Positions 27,961-40,767 of a stretch of 64,000 bases of DNA are shown here, in pieces. Each line of letters starts with the position of its first letter. Within the stretch, counting starts at the first letter, position 1. A program made the position numbers and the translations under genes. The notes below the pieces were generated by a model, which worked only from the letters and a program-made list of their open reading frames with translations, had not been told where the DNA came from and did not search any database. The DNA comes from Octopus vulgaris. Lineage: Eukaryota. Location: assembly GCA_951406725.2 (NCBI GenBank), contig OX597825.1, positions 72,478,001 to 72,542,000 of the forward strand, written 5' to 3'.

Positions 27961-28437
27961 ACAAAGTCGACCTCGGCGGAATTTGAACTCAGAACGTAGC
28001 AGCAGACGAAATACCTATCTCTATTTCTGTACTACCCACAAGGGGCTAAACGCAGAGGGGACAAACAAGGACAGACACACGGATTAAGTCGATTACATCG
28101 ACCCCAGTGCGTAACTGGTACTTAATTTATCGACCCCGAAAGGATGAAAAGCAAAGTCGACCTCGGCAGAATTTGAAGTCACAACGTAACGGCAGACGAA
28201 ATACCTATTTCTTTACTACCCACAAGGGGCTAAATACAGAAGGGATAAACAAGGACAGACACACGGATTAAGTCGATAACATCGACCCCAGTGCGTAACT
28301 GGTACTTAATTTATCGACCCCGAAAGGATGAAAGGCAAAGTCAACCTCGGCAGAATTTGAACTCACAACGTAACGGCAGACGAAATACGGCTACGCAATT
28401 CGCCCGGCGTGCTAACTATTCTGCCAGCTCGCTGCTT
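27961..28437 (-). mobile_element. SINE family B tandem array (about 2.3 units)
   Basis: Reverse complement of 26839-27256 with the same internal junction. Confidence 0.9.
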
Positions 28438-28833
28438 TAATTTAACTACATAAATTAAATCTCACTCGACACTGCCCTTGACCATGGTGACAGATTGGAT
28501 CAACTTTTAATGAACTATCAAAATAATTAAATGGATTTATGCATTAGTAAAGTCAACAAAGATACGCTGTGAAGTGTCAGGATTTGGGATTTAATTAACG
28601 TAAGCCGTTACAAGAGACATACCTTCAAAACGACCAACTGTATTGCCGTAGCAATGGATGAAATCTGATATGCTCTGCTTCACATGCCTACGAGTTCAAT
28701 GATGTTGAAACGATGTTTTAGAACATTGTAATCCAATTGGATAGGGAAGATATTCGTAATGCAACAATAGGGAAGAATCGAAGTTTCCGAGAAACGATCT
28801 GTACTGAATCGGATCATTGGAACCAGTGCTCTG

Positions 28834-28945
<112 letters not shown>

Positions 28946-29170
28946 TTTATTGTTTTACTTGTCTCAGTCATTTGACTGAGGCTATGCTGTAGCGCCGCCT
29001 TAAAGAGTTTTAGTTGAAGAAAGCGACTCCACGACCAGTTCTCTGAAAGCTTAGTACTTATTCTGCCGCTCACTTTTGTCGAACCACTAAGTTACGGTGA
29101 CGTTAACACACCAACATCGGTTGTCAAGTGATGGTAGGAGGACAAACACAGACACAAAGACAGACACATA
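28946..29170 (-). mobile_element. SINE family A, 3' half
   Basis: TTTTACTTGTCTCAGTCATTTGACTG...GAACCACTAAGTTACGG...GACAAACACAGACAC. Confidence 0.8.
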
Positions 29171-29409
29171 TGTGAATAATATATATATGCATATATACAT
29201 TGCATTTATGTGTATATATACATATATATGTATATATACTTGCATATATGGGTACAGCACGCAACAAAAACGTGAACAAAATGATAAAAGAGAACATAAA
29301 AAAACAAAAACATGGAAAACGAATTTTTTTCGAACAACGAAAGAAACAAATAGAGAACATAATCATAAAGAACAGGCAACATAAAGAACAATTCCTTCAT
29401 CAGTTGCAG

Positions 29410-29590
29410 AACAATTCGTTACTGGGCAGTTTAGCTGAAAGATAAAGCACTTGACGCGTAATCGCAGGGATGTGAGTTCGAGTTACATGGTTGGCCAGTA
29501 ACGTTTTTTTTTTCTGCAATATATGGATAGTTTATCCTGTTCATACTATTGTATTAGCATTATCATACGTTTGAGAATAAATGATTTCTG
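29410..29590 (+). mobile_element. tRNA-derived short repeat (family E)
   Basis: Head GGCAGTTTAGCTGAAAGATAAAGCACTTGACGCGTAATCGCAGGGATGTGAGTTCGAGT has A and B boxes, followed by a T-run. Second copy at 23536-23718. Confidence 0.7.
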
Positions 29591-29605
29591 TATCTTATAT
29601 ATATA

Positions 29606-30207
29606 GAGAGAGCGCTGTAGAATTAACACCCTTTTTATTTAGTAATTTTTATAGAACAAAAATTGTTTTCTTTTATTATATTATTATATAAAAGTTATAA
29701 ATATATAGTTATTATATAAAAATTTATAACAGGAGTTAAAGAAACAAAAACAACCAATTAATGAAAATATATTTCAGTAGCTTTATGAAATTTATAAAGT
29801 ATTGTTCCATCAAAACAACGTAATTTAATACGATAAAAATATAATTAACATATTCAAGAGGCTACCCTTCGTTTTTAGTAGAGTGCTGAACACCACCGGC
29901 AACACTTCTACAAATCTTTTGACACATTTCCTCGTTAATCGTAGAAATTTTATCAGAAATTACTTGTTTTACTTCAGGAAGTGTTTTCGGCTTCAGGGAA
30001 TAATAAAGATTTTTCAATACATCCCACAGGATAAAGTCAAGCGGTGTCATTTCTGGTGATCGTGATGGCCACTCAATTGCTCCCCGTCGTCCTATACATT
30101 CCCGAACGTTTATCCTACAGTGAGGCAATGCGCCATCTTCTACAATGTAGAAAGCTATAAAAAATACAAATGAATGAGAAAGGGCGTTTACTTCTGCCGC
30201 ACACTGT
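29606..30207 (-). mobile_element. Internally deleted IS630-Tc1-mariner element (transposase C-terminal part)
   Basis: EDGALPH...IGRRGAIEWPSRSPEMTPLDFILWDVLKNLYYSLKPKTLPEVK. Degenerate TIRs CAGTGTGCGGCAGAAGTAAACGCCCTTT and GAGAGCGCTGTAGAATTAACACCCTTT. Confidence 0.82.
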
Positions 30208-30221
30208 ATGTGTATGTGTTT

Positions 30222-30284
<63 letters not shown>

Positions 30285-30646
30285 CATACATACATACATG
30301 TATGCATGCATGCATGCATACATACATACATACATGCATACATGCATACATACATACATACATACATGCATACATGCATACATACATACATACATACATA
30401 CATGCATACATACATACATACATACATACATACATACATACATACATACATACATACATACATACATACATGAGTAGGAGTGCCGAAAACTAATTTGCCT
30501 GTTATCAAATTCTATACCGTTATTTATTGAAGTTTTAGCTTTTAATGAAAAACGCTCAGCTTGTTATGAGAATACAAACAGCTTCCGTGAATTTCATGCG
30601 TTTTCTAGTCGCATTAGAAATGTAAGTGGAACTAAAATATTCTTAA

Positions 30647-30867
30647 CCCTTTAGTAATTAAACCGGCCATATCCGGCCAAAAGTATTCTGCCTGTTCTAT
30701 GTTCAAAATGGCCAGATCTGGTCTCTCACACCAACCCTTCAATATCGTTTTAAAAATTAACAGCTACCTCATCAAAATCTCATAGCTACAGGATAATGCA
30801 TGATTAGTTCAAAACAATGTGGATAAAAAAGGATTAATTTTGGCTGAATAATGTGAACACTAAAGGG
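30647..30867. mobile_element. piggyBac-like MITE
   Basis: TTAA|CCCTTTAGT ... ACTAAAGGG|TTAA: short TIRs with a TTAA target duplication. Second copy at 17130. Confidence 0.88.
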
Positions 30868-33089
30868 TTAAATAATAAATGAAACCGTTTCTTGAATCAT
30901 GCGTGTCAGAAATTTACCTCTTGGCTTACAATTTTTTTTTTTGGGCTTTGTTTGTTTGTTTTTGTAAATGTCAATAAGATGTTTGATTACAAACTGGATA
31001 ACATGAGAAATGACACACTGTTCATTGAACGATGAGACACAGACCCCTTTCAAGGGCAATATTTGCGTGCTAAAATAATAAATAGATAATAGAATATTGA
31101 AATCATATTTAAAATTAGTCAGTTGAAAAATTTGAGGAGTGTCTGTACTTCAATGCAGTTGTGTTTTTATAAACTGTTCAGTAGATTTGTAAGTGAAAAA
31201 GTGTGTACGACGTTTATTTTGGGTTACTGCGTGATCTGATGCGTGTGAATGTTTATGTGCCTGTGTTTGTGTATGTGTCAGTCATACACAATCTATATTT
31301 CCTTGTTATACTTGCATACGAGTGTGAGTGAGAATCTGCGTCTGTATAATTTTATTATATTTAGATGCTTTGTTATGTTATATTTAAATATTTTCATGCT
31401 TTTTTGGGGGGGCTATAATCGTATTTGTAGTCTTCTATATTTATCAATAAATCTTTTAGACGAAGCTGTGTATTTTTCAAATTTTTGTTTATTCTATGAT
31501 CAGAGAAAATATAGAACAAAATCTAGCCGGGGACATGAAATAAAACAATATAAATAGGCGATTAATAAGTTGAGGGATATTCAACAATCAATGTCGCATC
31601 TAAAGAAACTGAGGGTTCAAAGAGTTTAATGCAGGAGTGGTTTATTGGTTAAACGAATGTTTATGGTGGGGTTTCTATTCCGTCTAAGAACATAAGCAGC
31701 AGCTACTTGCCTATTTGTGTTCAAACCTGCCAGAGAGCATAAACGTTAAATAGGTAACTTATTGTTCCGAACTCACTTTTCACAATGCGAAGAACGATTT
31801 TTCATCGGTTCGCAGATATCAGCACTGATCAGGAAACAGTTTTGCTCGCTGAAATAATAAACAAAATCTCTGTTTTGTTTGGTTAGACACAACATATAGA
31901 AATTTGATAATTTTGAGACGAAGCATTTGCATTTTCAACTAACAAGAAACCTCTTAGGTTTCGTTTGTTTTTGCTAGGTGTAACAGAACTTTAACTCGGT
32001 TCTAAAAGTTAACGAAACACTCGTTGACTTATAAGTCTTTCCATTATATTTATTAAGGCTGGGTATTTTCGGCGCCAACTGACACGACAGAATATGTCAC
32101 ATCCAGTATGTATGCTTCAAATGGAAGGGATTATTGGTGGGCGTGCCCTTTTGGGAAAGAGATTTTTGCTATGAGGATGGGCTTACAACATTTATGCTGA
32201 AGGCTTGGAAAACAACCTTTAGTTTCGCCATATAATGATGTTCATGCGTGTATATTCTGAATATGTATGCATGTGTGTCTCTTCTGTATGTGTGTGCATG
32301 TGTGAATGTGAATATTAATTACTACGTGATACTATGAATTAATACACGTGTGTGTGCGTATCTATATGTGTGTGTATTTGCACGAGACAATGTGTTAATC
32401 CGTGTAGGAGAGAGATTGAAAGAATGTATAAAATCTACTTAGTCTCTCTCTTGGAAAACAAAAAAATACCAGAAAGAGAAGATGAATGATGAAATTATTT
32501 TTAAAAGATCATCTGAAATTGTAAACATGTAGCGATATAATTAGAACGTGGAGGATGTAATTGCTAACGTGATAAAATGAAATTACAAGAGCTTTTTATA
32601 AGATGCTTCACTTTAGGTAAAGCAATATATTTAACGGTCCTATTATTTATTTTTCGTAGAAGATTAATTTTAAAATGTTACGAATGACAGAAATTTTTTT
32701 TCTTCTTCCATGTATAACGCCTCCTTTTGAGAAACACTTTGAATCAAATTTCATGCAAATTTCATATACAGTATCTTTTATTGAGCTGTGCTTTCTTTCT
32801 ATTTTGCTTTTTTAACAATTTTTCATGGTTTCATCTCCAACTAGAAGAGTGTTTACGGAGATCATTGATGTGTTTTCTGGTTTAACTAATTTTCATAATA
32901 ACCAAGACTAGAAATATATAAAACAATTCTTAGCAAATGTGTTATGTTCTATATGTTTCATTTATTTATTTATCTATATAGCATTTTAAATAATATTATA
33001 TAGCTTCAGTCAGGTACCGCAGTTCAATTACTGACTGGAATCACAGGTACTTTCTTCTAATCAATTAACATCAATAAATACAAATATAG

Positions 33090-33166
<77 letters not shown>

Positions 33167-34700
33167 TATACATCATCATTTTTGCATCATTATCATTCAT
33201 CCCATTAATGTCCGTGTCTAGCCCGCAAAGCTTCTATCTGTGTGATGCCCTTGTGGCAAATTATATGAAATAAAGAAACCTGCTTTCCAACTATAAGCAT
33301 CCGAATGCAGTCCACTACATGGAGCCTCGGGACGACCAGACTTGTGAGTAGATTTCGTATATGGAAAATGAAAAAGGACCATCGTATGCGTGTGTTAGGG
33401 ATTAACTCAGACTTCTCATCTGCATAAAAAAACAATAGTTACGTTAGTGTTAACATATTTCATGCTGACTGCATCTATAGTCCGCCATCTTATTTTGCAG
33501 AACAACGTGACGTTTCAGAGCGCTTCTCAAATATCTTAAAAGTTCTAATAGTAATGTATCTTCACTGCATATTTTTCCACTCGTCTCCATTTCCGTACAT
33601 TACACTCACCTCACACATGGAATCTAGTTTCCTGTTTATTTTTGCTTTTGTTTTTTGGGGGTTTTTTTGCAAACGTATCTATTCGTTGTATTTTAAAACT
33701 GGTATTTTCAGTTAACGTCTTTTCTTTACTACATGATACGATCTGTGCAAGTTTATTTTTTGTATTCTGACTTAGCTTAGATTTTTTGGTAATTTTTGCA
33801 ATGTTAGGAAGACAAAAAAACTTAAAAAGCTGAATAGAGCTTTGTGGCATAATAAACACGGACGTTTATGAATATGGATTTCCACGAAACGAATAAAATC
33901 CCACTTCTTTACTAAATTGACAGCTTGGATTACAAGTAAAATTATCTTCGGAAATACCTTTTCATTTTTTTATTTTTCATTTTGTTTCTTTTGTAGATGA
34001 ACGAGAATGCACTGCATGAATTAATATTATTTTGCTCTAAATATGAGAGTATATTTGCATAAAATATACAGAGTGCTAAACACAAAAAGCAAAATGTAGA
34101 TGTATTAATCCATACCTAAGAATCAGTAGTCGAAATTTTATATATGATAATATAGCTTCACTCTAAAAGAAGTTAGTTTTTCTCGTAATGTTTTAGGGTT
34201 CATCTAAAAAAAGAGGAACTTCCTAACAATTTGTCTTTATCTTCATCTACATAAAATCAGTCCTGAAACTTTATATATACTTACGTGTTCAAAATATTTT
34301 TTTAGAAATATGACGAAACGAAAAAAAAAAACAATCAATCGATTTTATCCATTCCACTAGTATAAGATAAATAGAATCCATTGATTCTCTGTTGTCAATG
34401 AGGTTCGTCTACTGATGTGTGATAATCATTTATTGATCTCAGCTGAGTGCCTTTCCAGTTATGTCTGCAGTACGATAAAAACTCGGTACTTTTAGTGAAA
34501 CAAACATTCACAAATTGTATTTATGGATAACTTCCAGAAATCCCTAGCTTGGTAATGCTACCGAGGGGCACTGCCGGTTCGAGATAAACTCTACAGACAC
34601 GGAAGTGCTGTCAGACGGACCTGACTGAGATGCGCGCAGAGCGACGAAACCGTTCTGCACGCACTCGTCCAGTGTCCTTGCATTACTGACCTGTGGGGTT

Positions 34701-34911
34701 ATGTTGAGCAGCTGTTATTACGTGAAGGGCGGATCCGAGTCCATGGTGAAGATCGATCCGCCGCCTTCCATCGGTCCGGAAGAGCAGGAAATTTTCTTAT
34801 CTGACAACAGCAGCGAAAGAGGTTGTATGGTGAACCAGGTTAAAAGGACTGAAGACACACTTTTCTCTTCGGCCAATTCCTCATCAACTTTTTCAAATTT
34901 CACTTGGAAAG
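34701..34911 (+). CDS. Candidate first coding exon of an unidentified host gene
   Basis: Locally GC-richer, non-repetitive island. In-frame stop upstream (34626), ATG at 34701, 70 complex codons, consensus donor AAG|GTGAGA at 34911/34912 (phase 1), possible acceptor CTTCCAG at 34537. No recognisable domain. Confidence 0.5.
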
Positions 34912-35239
34912 GTGAGATGTGGGTGGAGTGAGAAGTGTTGCCTCCCAGTACATTTGCTAAAAGGTGGGGGAATGTAGCGAAAATGGTCCGTGTGAGTGGA
35001 TCTACTCTAATAATGCGCCTATAGATTAGTGAATTTGAGAGGGAGAAGGGTGCCCTTCCCGAATGTCTTCGACGGAGGAAATGCCGTTGAGTATTTTTCC
35101 CGGCACGCTAACTATTCTGCCATCTCATCGCCTTAAACACATTACTATATTGTTTTATATCATTTTATGTTATATTATGTTATATTATATTATGTGAAAG
35201 CACATGGCTTAGTGGTTAGGGAATTCGGTTCGCGATCGT

Positions 35240-36080
35240 TTTTCTATTTCCTCACTCAAAGTCCCTAATTGCACCAATTATCACAGTACAATCTTTACAG
35301 ATTTCATTTTCTAAATACTCGCAATCTCTAATTTTAAGGGGTTATACTTTTTCAATTTTTCAACTTCTTTCCTCACGATTGTAGTATCATATCCGATTGA
35401 CATGACTGATCAATCAGTATGCAAATTCGATTTTCCTTGTCTGTTACTGTAATAACTGGCTTGTTATGTTCCATCTTATACATCTGAAAAGGAAAACCCC
35501 CGCAAAATCCTGCATGTTCCCAACTCAAGTATTCTTTTTAACCGACGCTTGTACCATGAACTTCTTGCTTCACCTCACTACTCCTATTTTCGACAAATTT
35601 CCCAGTGTAAAACCCACAACTTGACAATATCTCCATTTCTTACATTCTTTCTGGTCCAGCTTGGGACATTCTGCAACAATGTGTGCCTTTGTTTCATCCC
35701 AAACCCCACAAGTTGTCGACACCTTGTCCCCATGCACATATTTTCTCATGTCTGTTTGTTTGTAGTGCTGGAGCTGCTAAATACGGTTCACTGTTTCTTT
35801 TTTCAATTGTCTTCCTTTCAACGAAGCCCAGGACTTTGTTCCACACACATCCTCAGTGGCTTTTAAAAACTGATCATGCAAAGGTTTCTCTTCAACCTCT
35901 GAATTTCATTTTTATTCTTTTCACCCTTTTCCAGTTTTGATCACCTGTTCTTTTGTAACTTTTAACTTTTTTGTTATGTTTCATAATAATCAAGTAAGAT
36001 GTTTCGTTCCATCTACATCACACTCTTCCCAACCAATTAAACCTATTCCAGCCTGGTACCTCTTCAAGTACATCCGATCG
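35240..36080 (-). mobile_element. R4/Dong-like LINE, zinc knuckle plus restriction-like endonuclease remnant
   Basis: Minus strand across frameshifts: KSWASLKGRQLKKET..ALQTN..CR..CG..DETKAHIVAECPKL..LHWEICRK..WYK..EHNKPVITVTDK..CILID..KEVEK.EKYNPLKLEI..VIIGA.GTL. Confidence 0.8.
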
Positions 36081-36326
36081 ATACCAGCTTTCGAATGGTG
36101 AGTTCCATACAAAGGCACAGTCGAACTCGGTGGCATTTGAACTCAGAACGTAAAGTCAGAAGAAATGCTGCTAAGCATTTTTTTTCCGGTGCGGTAACGA
36201 CTCTGCCACCTCGCTGCCTAACGGAAGACACATTTTAGTCATAAAAAACACACACACGAAAAAAGAAATCCTGTTAACACCACTGAAACGTTTATTATTT
36301 GATTATTTGATGTCAAAAATGTTGCT

Positions 36327-36397
36327 GCACCAACTGCGACTTGGTCACTGACATGTTACCACGCGTCTCGCATAACTGACCAAATCGCAGTTGGTGC
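36327..36397. repeat. Hairpin, 21-bp arms and 29-nt loop
   Basis: GCACCAACTGCGACTTGGTCA / TGACCAAATCGCAGTTGGTGC (one mismatch), with decayed outer arms to about 36300-36425. Confidence 0.85.
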
Positions 36398-37159
36398 GAC
36401 GAAAATGTTGACGCCGAATTATAAATATGAAAATAAAATTAGCAACTTCTATGTGATTTTTTTAAAATTAGCTAAAATGCCTCTATAGTTTTAATTTCAG
36501 CACACAGTCTCAGATCAAATCACTTTCCAGACAGGCACATCTCCGAAATAACCAATTATTGCCGCCCACCAATCTAAAATATTATGATACATTTCTTCAT
36601 ACATAAATTCTTATACTGCAAATTATTTTTCTTGTCATTTACATTTTAGAGTTAATATTTTAAAAATCAAAACTGACTGGATAAATGATGAAACCATAAC
36701 ATTTCTTTTTTGAAATCTAAGCTGTTTTTATTGTTGAGTGGCTTTTCAAATCTGAGTTTCCTTCCTCCGCTTCACGATATGAAATGTTCAAATTTATACA
36801 AAAGAGAAAATGAGATACTCGTTTTTATTTTTTTATTCTTAAACTATTATATCCTTCAAGGAGGAGCATGCTTTAATGGTTTCATCGAACACAACCGACA
36901 CCACTATATTATTTATTGTTTTAAGTCTAGTATTTCTGGTGGGGGGGTGTTTTGTTTTATGTTTTCGTCTCTTTTGCCGAACTACGACGCTATCAGAAAA
37001 TAAACAAACCAATACCAGTTGCGAAAGAATGTCGAAACAAAGGCATGTACACACGCACAGACACACATGCAAACATACACACATACATATAATACATACA
37101 CACATATGAATGTATGTGTATGCATATGTGTATGTGTGTCTGTACAAACATACACACAC

Positions 37160-37216
<57 letters not shown>

Positions 37217-37220
37217 GTGG

Positions 37221-37466
37221 GGGCGCGTGGCTTAGTGGTTAGGGTGTCAGCATCATGAACGTATGATTGTGGTTTCGATTCCTGGACCTGGCGACGCGTT
37301 GTGTTCTTGAACAAAACATTTCGTTTCACGTTGCTCCAGTCCACTCAGCTAGCAAAAATGAGTAACGCTGCGATGGACTGGCGTCCCGTCAAGCTGGGGA
37401 ACACATACGCCGTTGAAACCAGGAATCCGGGCCCATGAGCCTGGCTAGGCTTTAAAAGGGCGCATT

Positions 37467-37470
<4 letters not shown>
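37221..37470 (+). mobile_element. SINE family C with GTAACGCTGCGATGGAC tail
   Basis: A box TGGCTTAGTGG, B box GGTTTCGATTCC, tail ...CCCATGAGCCTGGCTAGGCTTTAAAAGGGCGC(ATTT)n. Confidence 0.88.
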
Positions 37471-37498
<28 letters not shown>

Positions 37499-37510
37499 AT
37501 ATGTGTGTAC

Positions 37511-37552
<42 letters not shown>

Positions 37553-38086
37553 ATACGGGGTACTTCCACACAGTTTCTACTTATTGAATTCATTCACAAG
37601 GCATTGGTTGGCCTAGATCTCTAATAGATGCTATTGACGGAGTTGAGAAGATGGCCTAAGTTTTATGGCGAGCGATGTGTTCCTCTTTTATATCCATTAT
37701 TATATTGCTTTTCAATTTTGGCACAAGACCAAGAATTTCGGGAAGGGAGTGGACACACATTACATCGTCCCAGGGTTCAACTGGTACTTGTTTTCTCGAG
37801 ACACGAAAGGATGAAATAAAGTTGACCTCGGCGGAATTTGAACTCAGAACGTGGGGGGGGTGATGTTAAGTTTTTAGGCATCAGCTCAAACGTATGATAT
37901 GTGGCCATCTCATTCCGGACCTTAAACGCACTACTATATTGTTTTATATCAGTTTATGTATTATATTATGTTAAAAATGATGTAACGCTGCGATGGACTG
38001 GCGTCCCGTCAAGCTGGGGAACACATACGCCGTTGAAACCAGGAATCCGGGCCCATGAGCCTGGCTAGGCTTTAAAAGGGCGCATT

Positions 38087-38118
<32 letters not shown>

Positions 38119-38130
38119 ATATGTGTGTAC

Positions 38131-38172
<42 letters not shown>

Positions 38173-38592
38173 ATACGGGGTACTTCCACACAGTTTCTAC
38201 TTATTGAATTCATTCACAAGGCATTGGTTGGCCTAGATCTCTAATAGATGCTATTGACGGAGTTGAGAAGATGGCCTAAGTTTTATGGCGAGCGATGTGT
38301 TCCTCTTTTATATCCATTATTATATTGCTTTTCAATTTTGGCACAAGACCAAGAATTTCGGGAAGGGAGTGGATAAGTTGATTACATCGTCCCCAGGGTT
38401 CAACTGGTACTTGTTTTCTCGAGACCGAAAGGATGAAAGGTAAAGTTGACCTCGGCGGAATTTGAACTCAGAACGTAGAGACGGGGGAAATGATGTTAAG
38501 CATTTTTCCCGGCATGCTAACTATCTGCCATCTCACCGCCTTAAACGCACTACTATATTGTTTTATATCAGTTTATGTATTATATTATGTTA
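37354..38592. repeat. Tandem duplication of about 620 bp
   Basis: 37354-37973 is repeated at 37974-38592. The first part is identical including microsatellite lengths, while the end of copy 1 is indel-rich. Confidence 0.9.
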
Positions 38593-38767
38593 TATTATAT
38601 CATGGGCCAACATTGCCACTTTCTGTCACGCTGAATCTCCCTGGGAACTTAGGTAAGAGTACATGTGTCTGCAGAGTGCTCAGCCACGTTTACGTTAATT
38701 TCATGAGCAGGCTGTTTTGTTGATCGGATGGCTGGAACACTCGTCGGAATGTCACTTAATATTATGT

Positions 38768-38799
<32 letters not shown>

Positions 38800-39568
38800 T
38801 AGCCAGCTGAGTGTACTGCAGGAACAAGGAGTAAACGTTACTTACACAAATTCATAACATGCTTCCGGACCGGGAATCGAACCCTGTGATCAAGAGTTTA
38901 CCAGGTCACGCTGGTTCTCTGATAACTAATTCATCTCAGTAAAAGGTGCTCCCTTTAAAAACCATAACTGCAAACAACCTAGATATTGAACCCTTGTTTA
39001 CTGAAGCTCTGTTGAGCCTGTTTCTTGCACTACAGCATCCCGTTAAATACAATCTCCTAGATATTAACGCCGCTAGAGCAAGAAAATATCTCAAATAAAA
39101 TTTCATATCCGATTACCAACTTGACCGTTTCAATGAGAGGTTTTACAGATTAAACGCTTGAAGAAGTTTTGATTAATTTTCTCGATTCAGTAACTTTTCA
39201 ATGACTGTTCCACAGCGTTGGGATGCCTATCTGTCTCTAAGAAGCGGACTGGCAGAGAATTAACCGCAAATCTCTTCTACATTCCCTTGAGTTAGGCCAT
39301 TACTGAAGCGTTACCACTACTAATCATAACCATTGACGCAAATTATGTAGGTTTCTGTTTTAATTTGGTTCTTCGATGGTGTCTTTTTTTTTATGAAGAC
39401 GTTTAGCTCCCTTAATAAAAAAAAATTATCTTTGTTTTAATTTTAAATTTTAATTTAATTCATTGGAATAAATTGGTAACGGTTAAAAGTGTACCAAGTA
39501 GAGCATTAGACTAAAATGTTTTGCTATGCATATTTTTTTCATTCTTCACTATGAATAAAACAAGCATC

Positions 39569-39666
<98 letters not shown>

Positions 39667-39745
39667 AGATAGATGGATGAATGGATGGATGGATGGATGG
39701 ATGGATGGATGGATGGATGGATGGATGGATGGATGGATGGATAGA

Positions 39746-40033
39746 TAAGTTTCTTTATTGGCCACACAGGGCTGCACACAGATGGGACAAGTTACAAGGT
39801 AGAGTTTTTCTTTTGGGGGAGAAAAAAAAAGGTGGCATAGGTTTTCGATCAAAAGGGATCGCAAAAGGGAAAAAAGAACAAAAAAAAAGAGAAAAAAGGG
39901 AAAAGAAAAAAAGAAAAAAAGAAAAAAAAAAAAAAAAGAAAAAAAAAAAAAAGAAAAAAAAAGGAAAAAAGGGAAAAAAGAAAAGAAAAATGAAAAGAGA
40001 AGAAAAAAGAGAAAAAAGGGGGGAGAAAAAAAG

Positions 40034-40036
<3 letters not shown>
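39746..40036 (-). mobile_element. Non-LTR retroelement 3' end inserted in (GATA)n
   Basis: Minus strand: polypyrimidine tract then CCTTGTAACTTGTCCCATCTGTGTGCAGCCCTGTGTGGCCAATAAAGAAA, similar to the SINE B tail. (GATA)n lies on both sides. Confidence 0.6.
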
Positions 40037-40123
<87 letters not shown>

Positions 40124-40445
40124 TGAGTGTATGGAGGCGCAATGCGAGAAAGAACGAAAAAAATTGAGTGAAAACAGATAAACTGGAGTGAATTATCCTT
40201 ATGATTCAAGGAGTTTTACGCTTCCCGCAGTATTCAGGTGTATATATATATAATTGCAGTATTTACCGACATTTGTTTCACGATAGAATTATCAATAGAG
40301 GTACGTATAATTGTAGCAGTCATGGAAGCCGGAAGTCTCATATCACGTGATTTCCTTCCATGGGAAATCATCAACATCTTTTCAGACACCGATGTCGCAA
40401 ATAGCCTGTATACCTAATAAAAACTAATTATTTGCGACATATATG

Positions 40446-40559
<114 letters not shown>

Positions 40560-40600
40560 TGTATGTATGTTTGTGTATGTATGTATGAATGTATGAATGC

Positions 40601-40644
<44 letters not shown>

Positions 40645-40731
40645 AGAGTTTACGGAAAAAACAAAAGACAAAGACATGTGGTGTACGAAATAAACAGATG
40701 TATTAGTATAACGCTCAGGAATAGAAAACGT

Positions 40732-40767
40732 CTTTTACGTTTCGAGCCTACGCTCTTCTACAGAAAG
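40732..40767 (-). ncRNA. Minimal type I hammerhead-like motif, atypical core CUGUAGA (copy 2)
   Basis: CTTT CTGTAGA A GAGC gtag GCTC GAAA CGT A AAAG. Stem I CTTT/AAAG; the element 40641-40777 is flanked by (TA)n. Confidence 0.55.

Noticed and set aside
29415-29490. tRNA gene (Thr-like)
   Set aside because: The acceptor and T stems do not pair and the sequence continues into a dispersed repeat, so it is treated as a SINE head. The same applies to the heads of SINE families A-D.
33482-33515. YY1-like CCGCCATCTT and CRE-like TGACGT motifs as a promoter (also NRF1-like motifs near 10135 and 59675)
   Set aside because: Short motifs without independent evidence of a transcription start; they also occur inside non-autonomous transposons.
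34718-34903. Minus-strand 61-aa ORF
   Set aside because: Antisense shadow of the plus-strand candidate exon, with a non-ATG start and no splice support.
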